From: Macrostomum lignano
Taxonomy: Eukaryota
DNA length: 64,000 nucleotides
NCBI GenBank assembly: GCA_002269645.1
Contig: NIVC01001438.1
Location: 1-64,000, forward strand
Reading direction: 5' to 3'
Below the pieces are notes generated by a model. That model did not search any database. It was not told the origin of the DNA and was given only the letters and a program-made list of their open reading frames with translations. This document shows positions 1 to 12,724 of the stretch, piece by piece; position 1 is the stretch's first letter, and every line of letters begins with the position of its first letter. Position numbers and translations under genes: made by a program.

Positions 1-329
1 GTCTTAGTTGCTGGGGGAGGCGGATGGGAGAAGCAAGCCTCATTCGCTATGCACAGGCGAGGATGAAAATGAGAATGATAAAAGCAGAATGGGAAGCCGA
101 GTCTAAAAGAGACTTCTTCCTCATCCCATGGGCATATTTTGGTCAAAGCTTGGAACTCTGGCCATTCAGCCGTGCATTCTTGAGCTTGAAGTGGGCTGAG
201 GGCTGTTCTGTTAGATATTGGCGTGACTAAAACTTTGTGAAAGATTGGCACATTGGGATGGGGCAGAGGGGAGTGGTAAATCCCTAAGTAGGCAGTAGAT
301 AGTTCTAAATTCCCCAGTAGATCATTCTT

Positions 330-1030
330 AATTCCTAGGTAGGCTATTTTAAATTCCCCAGGTAGCGTATTCCACATTCCCATTACCCAAGTAGCCTATT
401 CTAAATTCCCCAGGTAGCCTGTTGTAAATTCCCTAGGTAGCTTATTCTAAATTCCACAGGTAGGTATAGCCTATTCTAAATTCCCCAAGTAGCCTGTCCG
501 AAATTCCCGAGGTAGCTTATTCTACATTCCCGAGGTAGCTTATTCTACATTCCCGAGGTAGCTTATTCTACATTCCCGAGGTAGCTTATTCTACATTCCC
601 GAGGTAGCTTATTCTACATTCCCGAGGTAGCTTATTCTACATTCCCGAGGTAGCTTATTCTACATTCCCGAGGTAGCTTATTCTACATTCCCGAGGTAGC
701 TTATTCTAACTCCCCAGGTAGCCTATTCTAAATCCCCCAGGTAGCCTATTCTAAATCCCCCAGGTAGCCTATTCTAAATTCTCCAGGTAGCCTATTCAAA
801 ATTCCCCAGGTTGCCTATTCTAAATCCCCTGGTATCCTATTCTAAATCCCCCAGGTAGCCTATTCGAAATTCCCCCAGGTATGCTCATTCTAAATTACCC
901 AGGTAGCCTATTCGAAATTACCCAGCTATACTCATTCTAAATTCCCACTTGCAGTTTATTTTAACCCCCCCCCTGGTACTAGCCAATTCTAAATTCCTCC
1001 AGGTAGCCTATTCTTAATTCCCAAGGCCAG
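330..1030. repeat. Degenerate ~23-bp minisatellite (CATTCCCGAGGTAGCTTATTCTA) with a homogeneous core at ~505-705
   Basis: 23-bp period is visible directly. Lies in an anoctamin intron. Confidence 0.85.
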
Positions 1031-1064
1031 TTCTAAATTAATGATAAAAACTGACGGCACTCAC

Positions 1065-4000
1065 TTGTTCAGCTTGGACTTTCTAAACGGGCAGGTGTAA
1101 TAATCGGGCGGCTGGTTTGGCACCACCTGGTCCATGACGTTCGGTATGCGCAGATGACGAAGAACCTGACCGGACCAATTCTCTGTCGGATTGTGCCTGG
1201 CCTGAAAAGCGTAGGAACTTTAATTAGGGCTCAATCGTTATTTTATTATTTGGAGAAAGAAGCATAGAGCTTAAATTATTTATCGGTCGAAAGCGCTTCA
1301 GGTGTTCTGATAAAAAAACTGGTGCGATATGAAACTGTGCCGATGGTAATGTGTCCACTCAAAGCGAATCGTTGAAGATAATGAAACATTGAGATGAATT
1401 CAATTCAATATAGTTAACAAAAAATACCATAAGGATGCATATATTTGTGCATTAGATTAGAAAAGGTATAAATACGTCGTGTATGGAGGCCTTGTACTTT
1501 GTGCATGGATTCTGGTTGTTTCGTTGGCGGTTAGTCTTATTGGTTAAGTGGTTTTTGATAATTCGATTGAAATCGATTCACTACTCTTTTTAAAGTACAT
1601 TTCCTGTAGCATAAAATAGTCTGGGTTAGTTTTTATCTGTATGTCTGAAGTTAAGTGTACATTGTTAAGTGTACATTGCCTAGCCGTGTGTACATTCAAC
1701 CCCTCGCGAATTCGTCGGCTTTCAAACTCTACCCAAAAGTACATTGTCTAACCGTATGTACATTTTAACACCCTTAATTGATGGTAAGCTTTTCTGCGAT
1801 GAATTCAGTAAATAGTAAATTTTGCCGCGATAAATGTTTGTGAAGCAAAGAAGGAGCATAGCTCGTAAAATAACGATTTGCAATTGGCTTTTTCATTAAT
1901 AAGAAATTCTATTTAACCATAGCAACTCAGGAATAAAAGTTTGTCTGGCAAGTGAACTCAATCAGTAAATTGACACAGAGATTGAAGCGCGCTTGCTCTC
2001 ACATTGTTCAGTAGCTGAAAGGTTGAATGGATTGGCAGCGTATTTGAACTTGGGGAGGTTCGGGTTTGGGAGCCCAGCTTGCAAGACTTACCTAATCAAC
2101 AAATAGTTTTCCCTGCGCTACACCCAAAAAATTGACACTAGACAACGGTGCAAAGCTTACCTGAAGGGGAGCTCTCAGGCACAGATCCTCGGCGTAGTAG
2201 CACATCACATCCCACGGGAGAAATAGTTTTAAAAAGTGCATCCGCTTTTTCTCACTGGCGCTGGTCTCCTAGGAGGCGGATTTGGAAAGAGATGAGCAAA
2301 TACTGGTTCGGGTAGGCACAACAACGAGCACTTGCATCGAAAAAATATACATTTTCTTTCCCGGAACACCCAAGGATATAATAGCAATTTCGCTAATGCT
2401 TGTAATCGTGGCTACCTTGGGCCATAAACTAGTTTTCTTGTGATCTGGCTTAAACCATAGACTAATTATCTTATTATTGTGATCTAGCTTGAGTCAGACT
2501 AATTATCTGGTGATCTAGCTTGAGTCATAGACTAATTACCTTGTGATCTAGCTTGGGCCTGAGATAATCGATCGCATTATCGTAAACTGAACCGTAATCT
2601 AATAACTAAATCTGAATATTAACTAAATTGTAAATGGCTCGCACGCTCTTAAATATAAAGTACACAATATACTTTGTACTAAATACTCGACGTACTAGAG
2701 GAACAATCAGCAATGCTAATAATGCCTAGCCAGGATATTTGTTCTCCTAAGCTAAGCCGACTCATTGAAATACGAGACACCCATTCGCATCGCGTGCTCC
2801 AGTGCTAATCCCAAAGAAGGATTAGCAAACAATCACTCGGGGTCACACAGATTCAGCTCGAATGCAGTTGCTGGGCAAGCGCCGGACTCACTTCCTCAAT
2901 TTCCACCCCAGCTCGGCGCAGATTGGACTCGAACCTTCGACGGCACATCGCCCGCTTGGCCGCCTCCGCTGCCGCCGCGTCGCCTCCAGTGGGATCAAAT
3001 CCTCTTCCCACACCAGCACGTAGTCTGAGGCGGAGAATGGGGATCAGAATCCTCATCTGTCAGCTGGGATACAGCTGGGGGAGAATGGGGATCAGAATCC
3101 TCATCTGTCAGCTGGGATGCAGCTGGGGGAGAATGGGGATCAGAATCCTCATCTGTCAGCTGGGATGCAGCTGGGGGAGAATGGGGATCAGAATCCTCAT
3201 CTGTCAGCTGGGATACAGCTGGGGGAGAATGGGGATCAGAATCCTCATCTGTCAGCTGGGATACAGCTGGGGGAGAATGGGGATCAGAATCCTCATCTGT
3301 CAGCTGGGATACAGCTGGGGGAGAATGGGGATCAGAATCCTCATCTGTCAGCTGGGATACAGCTGGGGGAGAATGAGGATCAGAATCCTCATCTGTCAGC
3401 TGGGATACAGCTGGGGGAGAATGGGGATCAGAATCCTCATCTGTCAGCTGGGATACAGCTGGGGGAGAATGGGGATCAGAATCCTCATCTGTCAGCTGGG
3501 ATACAGCTGGGGGAGAATGGGGATCAGAATCCTCATCTGTCAGCTGGGATACAGCTGGGGGAGAATGGGGATCAGAATCCTCATCTGTCAGCTGGGATGC
3601 AGCTGGGGGAGAATGGGGATCAGAATCCTCATCTGTCAGCTGGGATACAGCTGGGGGAGAATGGGGATCAGAATCCTCATCTGTCAGCTGGGATGCAGCT
3701 GGGGGAGAATGAGGATCAGAATTCTCATCTGTCAGCTGGGATGCAGCTGGGGGAGAATGGGGATCAGAATCCTCATCTGTCAGCTGGGATGCAGCTGGGG
3801 GAGAATGGGGATCAGAATTCTCATCTGTCAGCTGGGATGCAGCTGGGGGAGAATGAGGATCAGAATCCTCATCTGTCAGCTGGGATGCAGCTGGGGGAGA
3901 ATGAGGATCAGAATTCTCATCTGTCAGCTGGGATGCAGCTGGGGGAGGATGGGGATCAGAATCCTCATTTACCGATGCGCCTTTCAGTCTCGAATCCGTC

Positions 4001-4111
4001 AGTTTCCGGATGGTCAGCAGCTGTGAGGTGCAGCTGAGCGGAGCCGTCGCCATCGGCGGATCCTTCCAGGTCCCTCAGCGGGATGGCGTCTTCAGCCGCG
4101 TCTGTCTCAGA
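1065..4111 (-). CDS. ANO7: Anoctamin/TMEM16 family protein (ANO7-like), N-terminal cytoplasmic region. Four exons: 3973-4111, 2892-3024, 2161-2268, 1065-1201. Partial: start exon not identified, and the gene continues left of position 1.
   Basis: Hand-spliced GT-AG exons give SETDAAED...FETERRI|DYVLVWEED...RRRFESNLRRAGVEIEE|ETSASEKKRMHFLKLFLPWDVMCYYAEDLCLRAPLQ|ARHNPTENWSGQVLRHLRIPNVMDQVVPNQPPDYYTCPFRKSKLN. This matches anoctamin motifs (IDFVLVWEE; W-VLCYYAEDL; IPNV...PPEYYSC-F). Exon phases are compatible except for a 1-nt frameshift inside 2892-3024. The ANO7 subfamily call comes from recalled homology. Confidence 0.88.
3033..3968. repeat. 48-bp minisatellite, ~19 copies, filling anoctamin intron 3025-3972
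   Basis: Unit GAGAATGGGGATCAGAATCCTCATCTGTCAGCTGGGATACAGCTGGGG. It explains the 16-aa periodic ORFs in the track. Confidence 0.95.
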
Positions 4112-4224
4112 CTTTAGATGGTGGAGTGAGGTTGTTTTTATTTAGGTTGTTCCCGTAGCAACAGTAGAAATAACAAGTGAATAAAACCCTCTTAGTACTC
4201 CTTAGCACCGTTTAAGGCTGATTT

Positions 4225-4530
4225 TTAATCAATCGTCTGCATTTTCCCTTCATTTTGACTCAATCGATTGCATTTTCACTCCATTGTCATTCAATTGTCT
4301 GCATTTTCCCTTCATTGTGACCCAATCGGCTGCATTTTCACTCCATTGTCATTCAATTGTCTGCATTTTCACTCCATTGTCACTCAACTGTCTGATTTTC
4401 ACTCTATTGTCACTCATTGTCTGAACTTCTATTCCATTGTCACTCAATTGTCTGCATTTTCACTCCATTGTCACTCAACTGTCTGATTTTCACTCTATTG
4501 TCACTCATAGTCTGAACTTCTACTCCATTG
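4225..4530. repeat. Degenerate ~30-bp tandem repeat (TCTGCATTTTCACTCCATTGTCACTCAATTG-like)
   Basis: Recurrent ATTGTCACTCA and TTTTCACTC blocks. Confidence 0.75.
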
Positions 4531-5062
4531 TGACTGAAGCTGACTCTGCTCGGAAATCCTCAAATATTACTGGGTAATCAAAAGTTTTCAATAATCCTGA
4601 AGAAAACACAAATCTGGGAGAAGCTGAGTCTTCAATCAGCTGTTCCCAATCTAATCCTTATCTACATACAATTGATATTCTGCTCGTTGAGTCCCATAGA
4701 AATTCCCCACAAAAAAACGCAGTTCATCTAGATCAGCAGAACAGAAAGATAAGCAGCCTGTGTTGCGTCTGCAAAAGGCTGCTTTTGCAAAAGCAGCAAA
4801 AAAAAGAAAAAGAAAAGTATGATTGCCAACCCTTCCTCTTGCTATTCTGCGAGGAGCTGAGGGGAGAGAAATTGGATCGGCACGAGAGGACGAAGAGGGG
4901 TGAGAATTGAAGTATCTGGATCTGGCTGCAGCCTGTCAGGTGCGATACGAGCGCATTTCATGCAGCCTCTTCCACTGCAAGAAAGAGTTCTTGGACAGAA
5001 GAGATCTTGAGAATCACTAAGCAGCTGAGCCAGAGTTTTGTAACCTAAAAGTGCAAATAGCC

Positions 5063-5882
<820 letters not shown>

Positions 5883-6225
5883 GGCACAAGCTCACTTTGA
5901 GCTTAGATTAAGCGGCTAGAGAGATGATGGAGGAGGCTGTCCGAGGTGGCCGGGCCTGGGGCCCTGCACTCTATAATAATCATTAATTAACGGCCAGCCG
6001 AGACGGAATGCAACTGCCTCAGGACAAGGATGCGTGTGGGAAATTGGGTAGCTTTGGGAATTCGAGGCTGCTGGCAGCAAGTTGCCCTGACGCTTCTGGC
6101 TGAAACCCCGAGTGTGGCTGAGGCTCTGAGCTTCCCTCCCGCCTGCCGTCTCCGCCTCTAGACGGGACGTCTAAGATTTTTCCTTGAGTTGTAAAAAATT
6201 TAAATATGAAATAATTGCAGACACC

Positions 6226-6234
6226 CTGTCTGTT

Positions 6235-6271
<37 letters not shown>

Positions 6272-6272
6272 T

Positions 6273-6317
<45 letters not shown>

Positions 6318-6318
6318 G

Positions 6319-6359
<41 letters not shown>

Positions 6360-6362
6360 TAG

Positions 6363-6398
<36 letters not shown>

Positions 6399-6402
6399 AG
6401 AG

Positions 6403-6479
<77 letters not shown>

Positions 6480-6480
6480 T

Positions 6481-6543
<63 letters not shown>

Positions 6544-6544
6544 G
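6226..6544. repeat. (TCTG)n microsatellite
   Basis: Read directly. Confidence 0.95.
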
Positions 6545-7685
6545 CAAACAAAAATGCCAGCCGGTGTCCCAGAGAGTCCAGTATAACTGGTCAATAAAAC
6601 TGGCTGACTGCCCCGCCCATTGAGAGGCAGCCAGAAGGCTGATCGGGTGTAAGCAGGAGAACAGTCTCTAGAAATTTCTTCCGCTCCCGTGCACTCGATG
6701 GGCCGATGGAAAGTTTTTCACGCGAGCAGTTCTGCTTTGCAGGTTAATTTCTATTCCATTGAAGGAAGCGCCTTAGGTGACTCTTTTGAGATGAAGGACC
6801 CTCGCTTGCTCCGCGAAAGGACAGCTTTCGAGTTTGTGACAATAAAGATAATGTAGTATTCTCCAAGCCAGCGTAGGAGCTTAGCTATTTTATCCTTTAT
6901 GAGATATTCAAGCCATTGAAGATTTGCTTTTCATTGTCTATGGCCTTAAAGGGGGCCTTTGGAGCAACCATAGACTTGGGCATAGATCTTATATATAAGG
7001 GAATATTAGATCTATGGACTTGGGCCATAGACAATTAAAAGGAAGCCTTCAATAGCTAGATTTTCACAGGCTGCTCCCCGCTTGCGGACAATGCTATTAA
7101 TTGTGCATATTTGTAGGGATGTCTTACCTTAAGCCGCCGATTAAAGTTCATAGAATGGCGGTACATCACAAATGCTATTGGATCGTCAATTTTTGAGAAC
7201 GTTTTTGTCAGGGCCAGGAGAGAAGCGAGCGGGTGGATGCATGCAGTTTATAGTTCACTGACAGGAGGCACTGGGAGGGAAGGGAAACACTGGGCTCCCC
7301 GCTCATAGTCAGTCATTCATCCAATGAAAATCTCCTTGCCCCCAAATACTGACTGGCCCTCAGGCTTTTCTCCCATTTTTCCCCAATCTCATCCCTCCGT
7401 TTTCCCCGACTTGCCTCATCTCTTCCTCCCGCTCGCAGGTGTAGGCCTGCTAATACTTTGATGAATATGAGCCAGCACTGAAATACACCACCAGTGAGTA
7501 TTTGCCGGGGTATTTTGTGTCGACAAGATAAATGAGAGCTGGCTTGTCGTTAGCGACAGGTGGCAACACTAATTAGCTGTCAGTAATCCTTAATACATTT
7601 TTGCAAATGAATGAGATTAATGAGAGACTTGCACTTCTGTGTTTACATAAGTCATAGTTTTTTAATGATAGAATTATCTCTGATA

Positions 7686-8422
7686 GGAAGCTTTGAGTCT
7701 GGGGAGCTTTGAGTCTGGGAAGAATTGAGTCTGGGAAGCTTTGAGTCTGGGGAGCTTTGAGTCTGGGAAGAATTGAGTCTGGGAAGCTTTTAGTCTGGGA
7801 AGCTTTGAGTCTGGGAAGAATTGAGTCTGGGAAGCTTTGAGTCTGGGGAGCTTTGAGTCTGGGAAGAATTGAGTCTGGGAAGCTTTGAGTCTGGGGAGCT
7901 TTGAGTCTGGGAAGAATTGAGTCTGGGAAGCTTTGAGTCTGGGAAGCTTTGAGTCTGGGAAGCTTTGAGTCTGGGAAGCTTTGGGTCTGGGAAGCTTTGA
8001 GTCTGGGAAGCTTTGAGTCTGGGAAGCTTTGAGTCTGGGAAGCTTTGAGTCTGGGAAGCTTTGAGTCTGGGAAGAATTGAGTCTGGGAAGAATTGAGTCT
8101 GGGAAGCTTTGAGTACAGGTAGCATTGAGTACGGGCAGCTTTGAGTCTGGGAAGCTTTGAGTCTGGGAAGCTTTGAGTCTGGGAAGCTTTGAGTCTGGGA
8201 AGCTTTGATTCTGGAAGCTTTGATTCTGGGTAGCTTTGAGTACGGGTAGCATTGAGTACGGGCAGCTTTGAGTACGGGCAGCTTTGAGTACAGGCAGCTT
8301 TGAGTACGGGTAGCTTTGATTACGGGCAGCTTTGAGTACAGGCAGCTTTGAGTACGGGTAGCTTTGATTACGGGCAGCTTTGAGTACAGGCAGCTTTGAG
8401 TACAGGCAGCTTTGAGTACGGA
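7686..8422. repeat. 16-bp minisatellite AGCTTTGAGTCTGGGA grading into a GCAGCTTTGAGTACGG variant
   Basis: 16-bp period, which gives a 16-aa periodicity in the ORF track. Confidence 0.92.
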
Positions 8423-8869
8423 ACTTACTAACGCAGAGTGTCCCTACCAGAATACGGTCTCAAATTTGAAGCTATCCTGCCGGCACAGAAATTCACTCAA
8501 TCAGCTCCTGTAAGAACCACTGTTTTGTGCACTTTCCCGCCATAAAAACTTGGGTTGTATTTTCCCAATGAAATCCGCAATCCGAGAGCCCAGTGCTGGT
8601 CGAAAAACAACTTTAGGGAGTTGCCCCTCCCAATTCTGCATCCCAATCATCTCTTGCAGTGAGTGGCTCATTATTTATACAGCACATGTGCAATGCACCG
8701 GACTTGCCCTTCTCTCTCTGGTTTACTAGCCTCTGAGGCCCCGGTGTAGCCTTGAGTCCTGTTTAAAATAAGAAACCCAATCCAAGAACAGTAAGATCAG
8801 TTTTTCCTGCCTAATTCCCATCCGTAGCTTTGTCGGCTTTACGAGCTGCAAAACTATGATGGAAAGATG

Positions 8870-9542
8870 GGAAGGGACTTTGAGCAGCTGGGGAAAGAGG
8901 AATGGGGAGCGAAGGAGGAAGATGAGGGATGAGGGTGGAGACGGTGGAGAAAGAAAAGAGTTGGAAGGGAGGGGGAGAGGAAGCGAATAAGCTGTGAAGC
9001 GGGGAGAAGGAAGGGTAGAGAAGGGGAGAGAAGAGAAGGGAAGGGGAGAGACGGGGAGAAGGGAAGTGACGGGGAGAGAAGAGAAGGAGAGTGAAAAGGA
9101 GTGAAGGGGAGTGAAGGGGAGATGCTGGGAGAGAAGGGGAGAGAAGAGAAGGGAAGGGGAGAGACGGGGAGAAGGGAAGTGACGGGGAGAGAAGAGAAGG
9201 AGAGTGAAAAGGAGTGAAGGGGAGTGAAGGGGAGATACTGGGAGAGAAGGGGAGAGAAGAGAAGGGAAGGGGAGAGACGGGGAGAAGGGAAGTGACGGGG
9301 AGAGAAGTGAAGGAGAGTGAAAAGGAGTGAAGGGGAGTGAAGGGGAGATACTGGGAGAGAAGGGGAGAGAAGGGAAGAGAAGGGAAGAGAAGGGGAGAGA
9401 AGGGAAGAGAAGGGAAGAGAAGGGGAGAGAAGGGGAGAGAAGGGGAGAGAAGGGGAGAGGAGGGAAGAGAAGGAGAGTGAGGGAGGAGAAGGGGAGAGAT
9501 TGGGAGAAAAAGAGAGAAGGGAGCGGAGGGGAGAGTGGGGAG
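8870..9542. repeat. GA-rich low-complexity tract (purine strand +)
   Basis: GGGGAGAGAAGG-type motifs with internal duplications. Confidence 0.9.
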
Positions 9543-9961
9543 CAAAGTTAAGGTAATTCTGTCCGGCCTCCAGATCTCTGTAGTGGATTTTGGATTAGTG
9601 CGTGTTACTAAAGATCACTTGGATTAACTTTCTTAACTTTAACTTTCTTGAGCAAAGTCAAGGTAATTCTGTCCTAGTTGGGAGCAAAGTCAAGTGAAGA
9701 AATTAAACGTCTTTACTACTAACAAAGCTAGTAGGCCTGCTGTATGAAAAGTAGTACTAAAAACAATCAAAAAAGTTCATTTATTAGTTTAAATTTAAAC
9801 ATTTGTTTTTTAAAATTTTTTTCTAGCTGAGATCTTTCGATCGAATTTTAAATTATTAATTTTTATCACCATGTAATTTGTCCGCTCCATGTAGTCGCTG
9901 CTCCCAGTTTTGCTCCCGTTGCCATCTAGTCCTGTCCGCTTTGTGTAATTGCCTGTGCTAT

Positions 9962-11515
9962 AGGGGGAGAGAAGGAAACGGGAGAGAAAGGGAGAGGAGA
10001 GAATAGGAGAGAAGGGGAGAGAAGGGGAGAGAAGGGGAGAAAAGGGGAGAGAAGGGGAGTGAAAGGGAAGGGGAGAGAAGGGGAGAGACGGAGAGAAGGG
10101 AGAGGAGGGAGAAGGAGAGAGAAGGGGAGAGAAGGGAGAAGGGGAGAGAAGGGAGAAGGGAGAGGAGGGAGAAGGGGAGAGAGGGAGAAGGGGAGAGAAG
10201 GGAGAAGGGGAGAGGAGGGAGAAGGGGAGAGGAGGGAGAAGGGGAGAGAAGGGGAGAGAAGGGGAGTGAAAGGGAAGGGGAGAGAAGGGGAGAGACGGGG
10301 AGAAGGGGAGAGGAGGGAGAAGGAGAGAGAAGGGGAGAGAAGGGAGAAGGGGAGAGGAGGGAGAAGGGGAGACGAGGGAGAAGGGGAGACGAGGGAGAAG
10401 GGGAGACGAGGGAGAAGGGGAGACGAGGGAGAAGGGGAGAGGAGGGAGAAGGGGAGAGAAGGGAGAAGGGGAGAGAAGGGAGAAGGGGAGAGAAGGGAGA
10501 AGGGGAGAGGAGGGAGAAGGGGAGAGGAGGGAGAAGGGAGAGGAGGGAGGAGAGAGAAGGGAGAAGGGAGAGGAGGGAGAAGGGGAGAGAAGAGAGAAGG
10601 GGAGAGGAGGGAGAAGGGGAGAAGGGGAGAAGAGGGAGAGGAGGGAGAAGGGGAGATGAGGGAGAAGGGGAGAGGAGGAGAAGGGGAGAGGAGGGAGAAG
10701 GGGAGAGAAGGGGAGAGGAGGGAGAAGGGGAGAGGAGGGAGAAGGGGAGAGGAGGAGAAGGGGAGAGGAGGGAGAAGGGGAGAGAAGGGAGAAGGGGAGA
10801 GAAGGGAGAAGGGGAGAGAAGGGAGAAGGGGAGAGAAGGGAGAAGGGGAGAGAAGGGAGAAGGGGAGAGAAGGGAGAAGGGGAGAGAATGGAGAAGGGGA
10901 AAGAAGGGGAGATGAGGGAGAAGGAGAGAGGAGGGAGAAGGGGAGAGGAGGGAGAAGGGGAGAGGAGGGAGAAGGGGAGAGGAGGGAGAAGGGGAGAGGA
11001 GGGAGAAGGGGAGATGAGGGAGAAGGGGAGAGGAGGGAGAAGGGGAGAGGAGGAGAAGGGGAGAGGAGGGAGAAGGGGAGAGAAGGGAGAAGGGGAGAGG
11101 AGGGAGAAGGGGAGAGAAGGGAGAAGGGGAGAGAAGGGAGAAGGGGAGAGAAGGGAGAAGGGGAGAGTAGGGAGAAGGGGAGAGAAGGGAGAAGGGGAGA
11201 GAAGGGAGAAGGGGAAAGAAGGGAGATGAGGGAGAAGGAGAGAGGAGGGAGAAGGGGAGAGGAGGGAGAAGGGGAGAGGAGGGAGAAGGGGAGAGAAGGG
11301 AGAAGGGGAGAGGAGGGAGAAGGGGAGACGAGGGAGAAGGGGAGAGGAGGAGAAGGGGAGAGGAGGGAGAAGGGGAGAGAAGGGAGAAGGGGAGAGAAGG
11401 GAGAAGGGGAGAGAAGGGAGAAGGGGAGAGAAGGGAGAAGGGGAGAGAAGGGAGAAGGGGAAAGAAGGGGAGAGGAGGGAGAAGGGGAGAGGAGGGAGAA
11501 GGGGAGAGGAGAAAA
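9962..11515. repeat. GA-rich compound satellite (GGGAGAAGGGGAGAGGA-like), ~1.55 kb polypurine tract
   Basis: Nearly pure G/A. Confidence 0.93.
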
Positions 11516-11992
11516 GTAGTAGTGGAGACAAAAAGCAATCATAAAACGGCATCCAACTCTAAAAGCTTCTCTGAACGAAATGGAATGAGTTGGGCCACCT
11601 GCAAGTCTACGGGGTAGCTAAAAAAGCTCATCTGCTCAGATAAAGGTATTATTTTAACCCAACTAACTCCTATGAAACGTGATTCCGAAACGTTATTTTT
11701 GTTTTCCCACTACTTTTAGCTTGAAAATCGATTAAATGGTTGAAACTTTGCACGATTTTCTTAAGTTCCCAAATATTGCCCATGGGAGTTATTTAGTGGC
11801 AGCTGAATTTGATAATTTTGTTGAACGAATTCATTTATTTCGCTCTTAGCACTGAACACACTTGCACAGTGCTTTAATTTTGATTGCATTGCTGAATCTG
11901 AATTGTTTATATGCAATGTATCTGACATTTTTGACTGCCGCATCAGGTGAGACAGCTCTCGTTACTGCAATTTGCCATTGATAAGATTGATC

Positions 11993-12348
11993 AGGTTGAT
12001 GAGGCTGTAGTTCAGGCTGATGAGGCTGCTGTTCAGCTGTATTTCAGATTGATGAGGCTGTAGTTCAGGTTGATGAGGCTGCTGTTCAGCTGCAGTTCAG
12101 ATTGATGAGGCTGCTGTTCAGCTGTAGTTCAGATTGATGAGGCTGCTGTTCAGCTGTAGTTCAGATTGATGAGGCTGCTGTTCAGCTGTAGTTCAGGTTG
12201 ATGAGGCTGCTGTTCAGCTGTAGTTCAGATTGATGAGGCTGCTGTTCAGCTGTAGTTCAGATTGATGAGGCTGCTGTTCAGCTGTAGTTCAGATTGATGA
12301 GGCTGCTGTTCAGCTGTAGTTCAGATTGATGAGGCTGCTGTTCAGCAG
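11993..12348. repeat. 32-bp minisatellite AGATTGATGAGGCTGCTGTTCAGCTGTAGTTC
   Basis: About 11 copies. Confidence 0.9.
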
Positions 12349-12724
12349 CAGAATACACTGATTCAGAATCTGGCATGGTCAATAAACTAGAGCCGATCAT
12401 TGCCAGTCAGCTGATCAGACCATAATTCTGATGAATCGGGGAGGGCAAAGTGGCGCGGCGCGCCTCAGCTTCTCAAATACGAGTGTTTGCTTTGTGGGCG
12501 ATCGGCTCCTGGGGTTTTTATCTGCTGGGGGCATGCCAGAGCATAAAAGATTTCAGAGATTAAGCTGACTGTTTGGTGTAGTCGGGATTATGCTAAATCT
12601 CTCTGTAGTTCAGTCTGCTCCAGGAGCCGCCTAGCGCATTCTTTCAGCTTCTGTGTGTCAGTTCTGACTCATATTGGTCCCCCGCCTCTGTGTGCTGTTT
12701 GAGCAGCACGACCTCCTGTCTCCT

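Noticed and set aside
143-226. - strand segment SRQYLTEQPSAHFKLKNARLNGQSSKL* ending in a PTS1-like SKL after a TTTTAG
   Set aside because: It is out of phase with the preceding anoctamin exon (phase 2) and is not the expected FLGS-type continuation. Probably a chance intronic frame.
7130-7245. - strand frame IHPLASLLALTKTFSKIDDPIAFVMYRHSMNFNRRLK followed by GTAAG, resembling GPCR/opsin TM7
   Set aside because: There is an in-frame stop immediately upstream with no usable acceptor, no partner exons were found, and the motif spacing is wrong.
11845-12010. - strand frame ending ...IKALCKCVQC*, like a cystine-knot hormone C-terminus
   Set aside because: It emerges from the 32-bp repeat, has a weak acceptor, and lacks the other cysteines or a signal-peptide exon.
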